NCBI GenBank assembly: GCA_039793445.1
Contig: JBAMLS010000001.1
Coordinates: 3,504-67,503, forward strand
Direction: 5' to 3'
Length of the DNA stretch: 64,000 bases
Origin: Minisyncoccales bacterium
GTDB taxonomy: Bacteria; Patescibacteriota; Minisyncoccia; Minisyncoccales; JBAMLS01
Of the stretch, positions 1-9,482 are shown piece after piece (position 1 is the stretch's first letter; the number at the start of each line of letters is the position of its first letter). The notes beneath the pieces are model-generated. The model had not been told where the DNA came from and did not search any database. It worked only from the letters and a program-made list of their open reading frames with translations. Both the position numbers and the translations under genes were made by a program.

Positions 1-293
1 TGAGAATTATTTTCATTAAATAATGGGTCTCTTAATATATTATCGGAAATTTGTTTTTGAAGATCACTGTTATCAAAACAAATCCAAGAAGTAGAAATTG
101 GATAAATATTATTCTTTTTAAAATAATTATCAATCCTCGATTTTAAAAGTAATAAATCTTGTTTCCGCTGCTCGTCTCTTATTTTAATTATATTTCCAGA
201 ATAATAAAAATAAGAAGCAAGAAAAATAAAAAATATTATAGTTAGATAAATAAAAAATTCTATTTTAGAGAAATTTTTTAAATTGTTGAACAT
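1..293 (-). CDS. Pilin/pseudopilin-like protein (partial, runs off window start)
   Basis: Hand translation from ATG at 293: MFNNLKNFSKIEFFIYLTIIFFIFLASYFYYSGNIIKIRDEQRKQDLLLLKSRIDNYFKKNNIYP...LRDPL. Degenerate prepilin motif (NF-S-K-I-E), hydrophobic helix, and RDxQRKxD...Y...YP...DP pattern of GspG/PilA-like pilins. Confidence 0.65.
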   Translation of the reverse strand, partial: MFNNLKNFSKIEFFIYLTIIFFIFLASYFYYSGNIIKIRDEQRKQDLLLLKSRIDNYFKKNNIYPISTSWICFDNSDLQKQISDNILRDPLFNENNS

Positions 294-327
294 AAAAAAA
301 CGATAAGAGTCGTATAATATTTAGTAT

Positions 328-1677
328 TCAGAGAGATTCTGGTCGTTCAACTAAAACAACAGAGATTTCAAATGTCTTTTTATCTCTTAATACTTTTAGA
401 ATAACATTATCGCCAGGAGAATATTTTGTAATTATTTTGGAAAGAGAATTTTGGGAAGTAATTTTTTCTCCATTTAACTCTAAAATGATATCGCCCTCTT
501 TCAAACCAGCTTTTTCAGCCGGAGACCCAGGAATAACTCCTGGTTCATTGTTTTCTTCGTTTTTTACTATCAATGCTCCATAATCTATTGTTAAATGATA
601 TTTTTCTTTTACTTCTTGATTTATCAAAATATATCTTACTCCCAACCAGGGATAAATAATTTTTCCAATTGTTTTAATTTGTTCTACATCTCTTTTTGCT
701 TTATTAATAGGGATTGCAAAACCAATATTTTGAGCATCCTGCGCCATTGCTACATTTACACCTATTACTTGACCTTTTAAATTTAAAAGAGGACCCCCCG
801 AATTACCGCTATTTATTGCAGCATCTGTTTGAATCACATCTTCTAATATCTCCACCATACCAGCCCCAGAAGCTGTAATTGTTCTCCCCAAACCTGAAAT
901 AACACCCATTGAAACAGTATTTCTGAATTCCCCTAACGCATTACCAATAGCAATCACAATCTGACCTATTTGTAAATTAGAAGAATCACCCATTTGAATT
1001 GGTTTAAATGAAGTTAAATCAGTAACAGGTTTTTGAATCTTTATAATTGCTAAATCTTGAATGGGATCTAAAGCTAAAACTTTTGCATCATATTTTTTCC
1101 CATCATTAGTAATAATCGTATATTGTGCTTTTTTATCTGAAACTACATGTTTATTTGTTAATACTAAACCATCTTCTGAAATAATAAACCCGGTTCCACC
1201 CCCTACTTCTCTTTTTTCGGTGCCTTTTTGCTTATATTGAGGAATCTGAAAATCGGGAAAATTAAAATCTTCTGGTCCAAAAAAATCTTTAAAAGGATTA
1301 ATATAATATTGTTCAAAAACGGGCAAATCTTTTGTAATAATTATACTGACTACAGATGGCGAAGCTTCTTTGACCACTTTTATAATGTTTTCTTCAAGCC
1401 CTGCTGTAGATTGATAATTACTTTCTTCTTTTAAAGAAGAAGGGGTTGAAGTAATATTTTCTTTTTTTTCAATAAAAAGTTTTGGTGGTGAAAATCTGAT
1501 TCTTATAGAAAGAATTTTATTAATTTCTTCTTTAATTAAAGGATAATACTTTATCCCGCTAATAAAGCCTACTATAAAAAATATTAAAAAGCTTGCAAAA
1601 AGAATTATTTTAAAATTTTTTCTATCATTCTTTTTGTTTTCATTATTTTGTTTTTCTTGAAAATTTGTTATTTCCAT
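328..1677 (-). CDS. htrA: HtrA/DegP family serine protease (TM anchor, trypsin domain, PDZ)
   Basis: Catalytic triad motifs TNKHVV, DLAIIK, QTDAAINSGNSGGPL; C-terminal PDZ (GSPAEKAGLKEGDII). Confidence 0.95.
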   Translation of the reverse strand: MEITNFQEKQNNENKKNDRKNFKIILFASFLIFFIVGFISGIKYYPLIKEEINKILSIRIRFSPPKLFIEKKENITSTPSSLKEESNYQSTAGLEENIIKVVKEASPSVVSIIITKDLPVFEQYYINPFKDFFGPEDFNFPDFQIPQYKQKGTEKREVGGGTGFIISEDGLVLTNKHVVSDKKAQYTIITNDGKKYDAKVLALDPIQDLAIIKIQKPVTDLTSFKPIQMGDSSNLQIGQIVIAIGNALGEFRNTVSMGVISGLGRTITASGAGMVEILEDVIQTDAAINSGNSGGPLLNLKGQVIGVNVAMAQDAQNIGFAIPINKAKRDVEQIKTIGKIIYPWLGVRYILINQEVKEKYHLTIDYGALIVKNEENNEPGVIPGSPAEKAGLKEGDIILELNGEKITSQNSLSKIITKYSPGDNVILKVLRDKKTFEISVVLVERPESL

Positions 1678-2078
1678 ATTTTTAATTTTAAATTAAAATA
1701 TTTTAATATATAAGGGAAGAAAATCAATAATCCAATTATTATAGAACCTAAAGAAGTTAATAATACTGCGCTTGCTGACAAATCTTTTATTCTTTTTATT
1801 TTTGGATCATTATTTGGGTTCAAGAAATCTAATATCCTCTCGATTTGAGAATTTAATAGTTCCAAGCTTAAAACAATAATAATAATTAGAAACAAAACTA
1901 ACATTAAATAAACTGAAAGTTGAAAATAAAAAGCTAAAATAATTGTAAAAATGCCAATAAAAACCTGAATTTTAAAAGTTTGTTCTTCTAAAATTGCTAT
2001 TTTAAAACCAGAAAAAGCATTTTTAATACTTTTTATTAATTTCTTAAAAGAAATTCCTCTTTGAATTTCAGAAGCCAT
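1668..2078 (-). CDS. dgkA: Prokaryotic diacylglycerol/undecaprenol kinase family protein
   Basis: SIKNAFSG...ELLNSQIERILD...IKRIKDLSASAV motifs; 3 hydrophobic helices. Confidence 0.85.
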   Translation of the reverse strand: MASEIQRGISFKKLIKSIKNAFSGFKIAILEEQTFKIQVFIGIFTIILAFYFQLSVYLMLVLFLIIIIVLSLELLNSQIERILDFLNPNNDPKIKRIKDLSASAVLLTSLGSIIIGLLIFFPYILKYFNLKLKIWK

Positions 2079-2088
2079 AATAATAATT

Positions 2089-3264
2089 CTAAATCTTTAT
2101 AACCTTTTCTTCAATATCTGAAATTCGTTTTAAGAAAATAGTAAAAACTATCAAAAAAGAAAAAGAAACTATAAGAAAAATATAATTTACTTTCAAATTT
2201 AAAATTAGAAATTTAATTTTAGAAAAATAATTTAATATCAAAACAAAATATTTTAAAAAAATAAAAACTGAAAAAGAAAAAATTATTGAAAGCTTTGGTA
2301 ATAAAGAACCTAAAAATAAAAATAAAATTCCGCCGAAAATTATTAAAGGAAAAATAGGAAAAATTAACAAATTAGTAATTGGAAAGAAAAGAGGAATTTT
2401 TTGAAAATAAAACAATAATAAAGGAAAAATAAAAACTTGAGCAGAAAAAGTTATTGCCAAATTTTCTTTTATTTCTCTATTTTGCAAAATTTTAATTTTA
2501 TCAAAAATTTTGTTAAAAAATTTTTGATAAAAAATTAAACCTAAAACAGCTAAAAAAGAAAGTTGAAAGCTAATACTAAATCTTAATAAAAAAGGGTTTA
2601 AAGAAAGCATTAAAATAGCGCTATATAATAAAACTCTTTCTTCTTCAGCTTTTCTACCCAATAATTTAGATAAAAAAACTAAACTAGTCATCACTCCTGC
2701 TCTTATTGCCGATGCTGGAAATCCAATAAAAATAATATATAACCAAGAAAAAAATATTGTTAAAATTATTGCTTCTTTTCGCCAAAAACCAAGATTTAAT
2801 AAATACCCAAACAAATATACAGTAAAAATCGTAAGGTGAAAGCCAGAAATAGCCACAATATGACTTAAACCTGTATTAGATAAATCTTCTTTTATTTTTT
2901 GATCTGAAATTTTATTTCCTAAAAGTAAAGCTGAGAGAATCTGTGCTTCTTCTTGAGGTAAATTTTCAAAAATAAGTAAATTAAATTTTTCCCTTAGATT
3001 ATAAAAGAAAGGTTCTTCTGTTAAAATAATTTTATTTTTATTAAAATCTTTTGAATAACTTATTCTCATCATACCAAAAGATAAAAAAATCAAACATAAT
3101 GAAAATGCAATTATTTTTTTATTTCTTTTAAAAAACAAAAGATAAAGAATTCCTAAAATTAATGGTTCAAGAATTAATAAATTTGGAAGGGCAAAAAAAG
3201 AAGATAAAAATATTCCAAAAAGATAAGAAAGACAAACTAATAAAAAAATGGTAGATTTTGACAT
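2089..3264 (-). CDS. comEC: ComEC/Rec2 competence protein, membrane (Competence) domain only
   Basis: GLSHIVAISGFH, SAIRAGVM, SFQLSFLA motifs; multi-TM; no MBL domain. Confidence 0.9.
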   Translation of the reverse strand: MSKSTIFLLVCLSYLFGIFLSSFFALPNLLILEPLILGILYLLFFKRNKKIIAFSLCLIFLSFGMMRISYSKDFNKNKIILTEEPFFYNLREKFNLLIFENLPQEEAQILSALLLGNKISDQKIKEDLSNTGLSHIVAISGFHLTIFTVYLFGYLLNLGFWRKEAIILTIFFSWLYIIFIGFPASAIRAGVMTSLVFLSKLLGRKAEEERVLLYSAILMLSLNPFLLRFSISFQLSFLAVLGLIFYQKFFNKIFDKIKILQNREIKENLAITFSAQVFIFPLLLFYFQKIPLFFPITNLLIFPIFPLIIFGGILFLFLGSLLPKLSIIFSFSVFIFLKYFVLILNYFSKIKFLILNLKVNYIFLIVSFSFLIVFTIFLKRISDIEEKVIKI

Positions 3265-3875
3265 TATCTTTTAAAATTTTTAGCTAAAACTAAACCACAT
3301 AAAAAACCGCCTATATGAGCCAAATAAGCTACGGAGGTTTGAATATTTAAATTAATAAGTTGATATAAAAACCAAATTAAAATAAAAATTATTGCTGGAA
3401 TACTTATTATTTCTAAAAAAAAGAAAAATGGAATAAGAGTTTTTATTTGATTTTTGGGAAAAAAGATTAAATAGCCACCTAAAATACCTGAGATTGCCCC
3501 AGAGGCGCCAATTAAAGGAGTATTCAAGTCTTTAGAGAAAAAAACATAAAAAATTGACGAAAATAAGCCGCAGATAAAATAAAATTTTAGAAAATTTAGA
3601 TGACCAAGTTTTTTTTCTAAATTTTTACCAAAAACCCATAAAAACCACATATTTCCCAATAGATGTAATAAATTACCATGTAAAAACATATAGGTAAAAA
3701 GTGTAAGTATTTTTTTTCCTTCTAAAATTTTTTGAGGTATTAACCCATATTCTTTTATAAAAAAATTAAAATTGTGTAAAGAATAAAGGAAAAATAATAT
3801 ATTTATTAAAATTAAAAAAAATACAAAAATTGGTTTTTTGTTTGAAATTTTCTTTTCATCAGAAAGAAGAAGCAT
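3264..3875 (-). CDS. Rhomboid family intramembrane serine protease
   Basis: MFLHGNLLHLLGNM, GASGAISG, AHIGG motifs. Confidence 0.93.
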   Translation of the reverse strand: MLLLSDEKKISNKKPIFVFFLILINILFFLYSLHNFNFFIKEYGLIPQKILEGKKILTLFTYMFLHGNLLHLLGNMWFLWVFGKNLEKKLGHLNFLKFYFICGLFSSIFYVFFSKDLNTPLIGASGAISGILGGYLIFFPKNQIKTLIPFFFFLEIISIPAIIFILIWFLYQLINLNIQTSVAYLAHIGGFLCGLVLAKNFKR

Positions 3876-3878
3876 AAA

Positions 3879-4631
3879 TTATTTTCTAATTTGGCAAGCT
3901 TCAAAAAAAGGAGATAGTACTTTTTGAATTTCTATTAGATATTCTATTGGATAAGGATTAATTTTTTCAAAATCGCTAGAAAGTGTATTTTTAGGCACAA
4001 AATTTTGTAAAAAATATTTTGGCAGTTTTTGACCAGCGGCAACATTATAAATCCATTTGGCTATTTCTAAAATATCGTTTTTATCTAATAAAGTCGGAAT
4101 AATAGTTGTTCTAAATTCATAATCAATCTTGCCTTGCTTTAAAATTTCAACACTTTTTTCGATGTTTGAAATAATCCTTTGAATAAATAAATTATCATTT
4201 ATTCCAATTACCTTACCATATTTTTCTTTTGGTGCTTTTACGTCTAAAGCAACGTAATCTATAAGTTTTAGATCTATTAAATTTTGCACCATTTCAGGAT
4301 TGTATCCATTTGTATCAAGTTTTATTAAAAAGCCAAGGTTTTTAATTTTACTACAAAATTCTAAAAGTTCTTTATATAAAGTTGGTTCACCACCTGTTAT
4401 AGTTACTCCCTCTAAAAAACCCCTTCTTTCTTTTAGGAAAGAAAAAAAATCTTCTACCGAAATTTGAAAGTGATTTTTTGTTAATTCTGGTAAAACTAAA
4501 TCTTTATTATGACAAAAGGGACACCTAAAAGGACAATTAATTAAAAAAACAGTACAAGATAATTTTCCTGGATAATCAATAAGAGAAAGTTTTTGAAGTC
4601 CACCTATTTTAATATTTTCTAAATTTTCCAT
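3879..4631 (-). CDS. nrdG: Anaerobic ribonucleotide reductase activating enzyme (radical SAM)
   Basis: CPFRCPFCHN (CxxxCxxC), ITGGEPT, KLDTNG; directly downstream of nrdD. Confidence 0.92.
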   Translation of the reverse strand: MENLENIKIGGLQKLSLIDYPGKLSCTVFLINCPFRCPFCHNKDLVLPELTKNHFQISVEDFFSFLKERRGFLEGVTITGGEPTLYKELLEFCSKIKNLGFLIKLDTNGYNPEMVQNLIDLKLIDYVALDVKAPKEKYGKVIGINDNLFIQRIISNIEKSVEILKQGKIDYEFRTTIIPTLLDKNDILEIAKWIYNVAAGQKLPKYFLQNFVPKNTLSSDFEKINPYPIEYLIEIQKVLSPFFEACQIRK

Positions 4632-4646
4632 AAAATAAAACCGACT

Positions 4647-7600
4647 CTACAATTTTATTAACTCTTGCTTTTTAATTTTAAATGTTTTTCTTTCTTTATA
4701 TTCCTGTTGTTTACCAAAATTAAATTGATTAACTGGTCTTAAATATCCAACTACCCTTGTATAAACTTCGCAAGGCTGTTTAATTGTACATTTTGGACAA
4801 TAAAAATGTTCTCCTTCTAAATAACCATGTACAGGACAGATAGAAAAAGTAGGAGTTATCGTAATATAAGGTAATTTAAATGTTTCAAATACTCTTTTTA
4901 TAAGTTTTTTTACACCTTCGCCGTCTTGCATTCTTTCGCCTAAAAATATATGAAATACACTTCCACCTGTATATTTACAAGTTAAATCATCTTGTAAAGA
5001 TAAAGCTTCAAAAACATCGTCGGTATAATTTACCGGCAACTGAGTACTATTTGTATAATAAGGAACTTTTTTTGTGCCAGCAGTAATAATATCTGGATAT
5101 CTTTCTTTATCCTTTAAAGCCAATCTATATGCTGTAGATTCAGAAGGAGTTTGCTCTAAATTATAAAGATTTCCAGTTTCATTTTGATATTTTACTAATC
5201 TTTCTCTCATAAAATCCAAAATTTCAAGAGCAAAAGATTTTCCTTTTTTAGAACCAATATCTTCTCCCAAAAAGTTTAAAAGAGCTTCATTCATTCCTAC
5301 TAAACCAATTGTTGAAAAATGGTTTGCATAATATTGATCTCTCATTTTTTTAATATCAGATAAATAATATCTAGAATAAGGATAAAGTCCTTTTTCTATA
5401 TAATTTTCTAATGCTTTTCTTTTTATTTCTAAACTCTCTTTAGCTAAATCCATAATTTTACCCAATCTTTCAAAAAATTCTTTTTTTGTTTTAGACAAAT
5501 AGCCAATTCTTGGCATATTGATCGTGCAGACCCCCGTACTGCCGGTCTTCGCGCCCGCGCCGAATAATCCGCCACCGCCTCGATTGTAAAGTTCTTTAAG
5601 GTTGAGCCGAAGCCGACAGCACATGCTGCGGACATCTTCAGGCTTCATTTCTGAATTAATATAATTTGCGAAATAATTGATGCCATATTTTGCTGATGCT
5701 TCAAAAATTCCATCAAATGCAGATTCATCCCAAGGAAAATCTTTAGTGATATTTATCGTTGGAATGGGAAAAGTAAAAACTCTTCCTTTAGCATCGCCCT
5801 CTAAATAAACCTCATAAAGGGCTTTGTTAAAAATTTTCATTTCTTCTTCAAATTCTCCATAGGTTTCCTTTTGGGATTTGCCGCCAATAATCACTGGTAA
5901 TTTAGCAAAAACCGGTGATGGTTTTAAGTCTAAAGTAATGTTGGTAAAAGGCGTATTGTGAAAAACTAAGCATCCTGTTCCTCCAACGAAATTTTCTTGT
6001 GGGAGATCAACTGAAATATCATATTCAAATTCTTTCTCATAAGAAACCTCTTCTTTGTTAAGACAAACTCTGGCTTCAAAATCACCCACTCTGTATTGTT
6101 TTCTCCCATATTTGCTGTTTTCTTTAAAAACCCGGATAATATATTGATCTCTCCAATTTTGATTATTTTTGCTTACTTTTTCTGTGTAAACACTAAAACG
6201 AATATCTTGTTGAGATAAAAGCAAACTTAAACTTAGAGAGAGCTTTTTGGAAGTTGTAGAAAAATCCCAATGATTTTTGTATTCGGTCGCCTCTCCTTTT
6301 AATAATGTTTCAATAAATATTCTCTGAAGGTCCGGAAATAAATTAAAAATATACCAAGGAATAACTTTATTGAAAGATAAAATACCACCACTTAAACTAA
6401 CAATTTCTGCCAATAATCCTTTAGCGGCAATTTTGTAAACATTCTGAACTTTATTTCCCTTTTGAGAATAACCCTTGCTCTCTTCACTTTTCCCCAAACT
6501 CTTAAGAAATTTTAAGGTTTCTAAAATTTCTTCTTTATTCTTTCTTTCGGCCTGGGAGAGATAGGCCGAAACAGACATTCCTTTGTGTCCTTCTCCAACA
6601 TACCAAGCACAAAGTTTAACAAAATTCTCCAATAATTTACCCTTTAAAATTCTGGGGTACCAAATTTTACTGTTTTTTAACCTGAACTTGATATTTTGTT
6701 TCTGATCTCCAAACTTTCTCCAGATATCATATCTAATTGATTTTCTTTTTAACCAATCTTTCCAAATACTTTTATCTCTTATGCCAAAATCAATATAAAA
6801 AGGATGAATGGCTTGATATTCTTTCAAAATATTTTTCCTGATTTTGCTTAAAGTATGAGTAGGATTTATCTTAACAAAAACATTTTTTTGAAGCTGAGGA
6901 AATTCATCAATCAATTCAACTAAATCTAATCTTTCTTCTTTTTTCTCCTGTTCTATCTTCCCCAAGGCTAAGAAATGATTTTTTTCATTTAAGTGACGGT
7001 AATCAGAAGCTATTTCTATATCATTTGCCGAAATTGGTGTGGGATTAAATTGGCCATTAAATTTTTCAAAAGCAAAAAGAGAGTGAGCTGGTGAAACAAT
7101 AGCCTCTCCCCGATTAGTTCTAATTTTTAAAAATGAAGATTTTTGAGGAACTTTATGTCTAATAAATGCTTTTACTTTTGCCCAAACTGCTTTTCCTTCA
7201 GAATCAAAAGAAAGAGTATAATAATCATCAAAATTTTCTACGGCATAACTTTGAGGATACTGCTCAATAATCCGATGAGAATTTTCTTCAAACACTTTGT
7301 CAATCAATTTGCCAATTTCAACAAATTTTATTTTCCCTTTATGTTTTATTACAACCAACTCCTCCCAAGCTAAACTTTGAAAACCCACTCTCGTCGGAAT
7401 AGCCATATTAAATAAAAATTCTTGAAGGGCTTGTTTTACTTGTTGATAGTTTAAATTGTCATAGCGAACGAAAGGGGCTAAAAGAGTATCAAAATTTGAA
7501 AAAGCAATCGCTCCGGCTGCTTCGCCTTGAAGAGTATACATAAAATTCACCACTTGGCCTAAAGCTGATCTAAAATGTTTTGGTGGTTTAGATTCAACCT

Positions 7601-8195
7601 TACCGGGAACTCCTCCAAAACCTTTTACTAATAAATCATATAAATCCCAACCCATACAATAACACCCTAAAGTATCCAAATTATGAATATGAAAATCACC
7701 AGATTCATTTGCCTCTCTAATTTCTTTTGGATAAATTTTATTTAACCAATATTTTTTAACAATATAAGAAACACCGTAATGATTTAATCCTTGAAGAGAA
7801 AAAGACATATTAGCGTTTTCTTGAACTTCCCAATCTAACTTTTCTAAATATTGATCAATTCTATCTACCGCTTCTTCTGAAACTAAAATTGCCTCTCTTA
7901 TTTTTCTTCTTTGTTCTCTGTATAAAATAAAAGATTTAGCGGTTTCTACTAAACCCTCTGAAATAAGAACCTCTTCGATAATATCTTGAATTTCTTCTAC
8001 ATTAGGAATTTCCCCTTCTTTAAAACGACGATTTAACAAAGAAATAACTTTTTCTGTAATTTCTTTTGATTTTTCGCCATCTCCCTGATTTGCAGCGGTA
8101 AGAGCTTTAAAAATTGCTTGAGTAATTTTTTCTTTATCAAAATCTACAATAGTTCCATCCCTTTTAATAACTTTAGCGATTTTATTTTCAACCAT
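4647..8195 (-). CDS. nrdD: Class III (anaerobic) ribonucleoside-triphosphate reductase with N-terminal ATP cone, intein-containing
   Basis: VIKRDG ATP cone, SMCCRL finger loop, C-terminal RVVGYLRP glycyl-radical motif; 708 aa after removing the intein. Confidence 0.95.
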   Translation of the reverse strand: MVENKIAKVIKRDGTIVDFDKEKITQAIFKALTAANQGDGEKSKEITEKVISLLNRRFKEGEIPNVEEIQDIIEEVLISEGLVETAKSFILYREQRRKIREAILVSEEAVDRIDQYLEKLDWEVQENANMSFSLQGLNHYGVSYIVKKYWLNKIYPKEIREANESGDFHIHNLDTLGCYCMGWDLYDLLVKGFGGVPGKVESKPPKHFRSALGQVVNFMYTLQGEAAGAIAFSNFDTLLAPFVRYDNLNYQQVKQALQEFLFNMAIPTRVGFQSLAWEELVVIKHKGKIKFVEIGKLIDKVFEENSHRIIEQYPQSYAVENFDDYYTLSFDSEGKAVWAKVKAFIRHKVPQKSSFLKIRTNRGEAIVSPAHSLFAFEKFNGQFNPTPISANDIEIASDYRHLNEKNHFLALGKIEQEKKEERLDLVELIDEFPQLQKNVFVKINPTHTLSKIRKNILKEYQAIHPFYIDFGIRDKSIWKDWLKRKSIRYDIWRKFGDQKQNIKFRLKNSKIWYPRILKGKLLENFVKLCAWYVGEGHKGMSVSAYLSQAERKNKEEILETLKFLKSLGKSEESKGYSQKGNKVQNVYKIAAKGLLAEIVSLSGGILSFNKVIPWYIFNLFPDLQRIFIETLLKGEATEYKNHWDFSTTSKKLSLSLSLLLSQQDIRFSVYTEKVSKNNQNWRDQYIIRVFKENSKYGRKQYRVGDFEARVCLNKEEVSYEKEFEYDISVDLPQENFVGGTGCLVFHNTPFTNITLDLKPSPVFAKLPVIIGGKSQKETYGEFEEEMKIFNKALYEVYLEGDAKGRVFTFPIPTINITKDFPWDESAFDGIFEASAKYGINYFANYINSEMKPEDVRSMCCRLRLNLKELYNRGGGGLFGAGAKTGSTGVCTINMPRIGYLSKTKKEFFERLGKIMDLAKESLEIKRKALENYIEKGLYPYSRYYLSDIKKMRDQYYANHFSTIGLVGMNEALLNFLGEDIGSKKGKSFALEILDFMRERLVKYQNETGNLYNLEQTPSESTAYRLALKDKERYPDIITAGTKKVPYYTNSTQLPVNYTDDVFEALSLQDDLTCKYTGGSVFHIFLGERMQDGEGVKKLIKRVFETFKLPYITITPTFSICPVHGYLEGEHFYCPKCTIKQPCEVYTRVVGYLRPVNQFNFGKQQEYKERKTFKIKKQELIKL
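5955..7376 (-). mobile_element. Intein (474 aa) with LAGLIDADG-like homing endonuclease region, in nrdD
   Basis: RVGFQ|SLAWEELVVIK...SPAHSLF...EYDISV...ENFVG...VFHN|TPFTN; residues 274-747; LAGLIDADG-like blocks LCAWYVGEG and FIETLLKGEA. Confidence 0.92.
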
Positions 8196-8264
8196 AATTT
8201 TAAAAATATTTAGACCTTTACATTTTCAAATTATTATTTTTAAAAAAATTAAAAAATAAAATTT

Positions 8265-9470
8265 TTATGGAGAAAAAGATTTCAACATTCTTTTAATTTT
8301 AGATATTATTCCACTATTTTCTGTTATTTCAAATTTTAATGATTCTATCCCCTTTAATAAAAGACCTAAACAATTTAAATATTCTACATCAAAATTTGCA
8401 TTTATTTCTGTATTTTTTCCAATTCTTGTAGGAAGTTTAAAAAAAGATTTCGTATAGTCTAAAATACCATTTAATTTTGTTCCTCCCCCAGTTAAAACTA
8501 TTCCAGCAGGAAAACTAACATTTTTTGAAACCCTTTTTAATTCTTTCTGCAATTCAGATAAAATTTTATTAACGTGTTTTTGAACAAGATCTTTTATAAT
8601 TTTTTTTGAAATTATCAAGGATTCTTCTGGTAATAAAATTTTATCTTTTTCTTTTATTTTTTTAGGTATTTTTTTTGTTGATATAGAAGCATATTTTTGT
8701 TTAATTTTTTCTGCAGTTTTAATATCTGTTCTAAAAGCAATAGCTAAATCATTAGTAATTTCAGAAAAGCCAAAAGGAATTATTAAAAAATGAAAAATCT
8801 CGCCATTTTTAGCAAAAATAATTGTTGTTTGGCCTGCTCCAAAATCAATAGCAATAGCGCCTAATTCAACGCTTTCTTGATCTAAAACTGCTCTTGCTGT
8901 AGCTAATGGAGAGGGAATAAAAATTTCCTCTGCTTCAATATCTTCAGTTATTTTTTCTAAATTTTCCATTACTTGAGAAAAACATAAAATTTTTTTACAT
9001 TTCAATTCTAATTTTTGTCCTTGCAAATTCAAAGGATTTTTAATGCCTCCCTTATCATCTAATATAAACTCTTTATTGAGAAAATCTAAAAATAATTGAT
9101 TAGAAAGAAGGTTTACATTTTCTGCTTGATCTAATAATCTATCTATATCTTCTTTTTGTATTCTTCTATCGGGATGAGAAATAGTAATTAAATTTTTAGA
9201 ATCTTCTATTGTTAAATTTTTTCCAGAAACATTTAAAAAAATCTGGTTAATTTTATAGCCAGATTTTTCTTCTAAACTTTTTATAAGGTTATTAAATTTC
9301 TCTTTAACAATTTCAGGTTTTGCTATTTCGCCATTTCTGATGCCAAAAGAGGGAATAGTTAAAGTAGAAATTATTTCAATGGAAGCTAAATTTTTTTCTT
9401 GCTTTGCCAAAATTCCTTTTATTGTATAACTTCCAAAATCAACCGCGCAATAAATTATTGGTTTTGGCAT
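8265..9470 (-). CDS. ftsA: Cell division protein FtsA
   Basis: Actin-fold motifs VDFGSYTIK, IDFGAGQT, ITNDLA, GIVLTGGG; SHS2-like insert; amphipathic C-terminal helix. Confidence 0.88.
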   Translation of the reverse strand: MPKPIIYCAVDFGSYTIKGILAKQEKNLASIEIISTLTIPSFGIRNGEIAKPEIVKEKFNNLIKSLEEKSGYKINQIFLNVSGKNLTIEDSKNLITISHPDRRIQKEDIDRLLDQAENVNLLSNQLFLDFLNKEFILDDKGGIKNPLNLQGQKLELKCKKILCFSQVMENLEKITEDIEAEEIFIPSPLATARAVLDQESVELGAIAIDFGAGQTTIIFAKNGEIFHFLIIPFGFSEITNDLAIAFRTDIKTAEKIKQKYASISTKKIPKKIKEKDKILLPEESLIISKKIIKDLVQKHVNKILSELQKELKRVSKNVSFPAGIVLTGGGTKLNGILDYTKSFFKLPTRIGKNTEINANFDVEYLNCLGLLLKGIESLKFEITENSGIISKIKRMLKSFSP

Positions 9471-9482
9471 AATATAAGAAAT

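Noticed and set aside
5444-5635. 63-aa alternative-frame ORF inside nrdD over the GC-rich patch
   Set aside because: Explained by stop-codon scarcity in locally high GC; no recognisable motif; the nrdD frame carries the catalytic loop.
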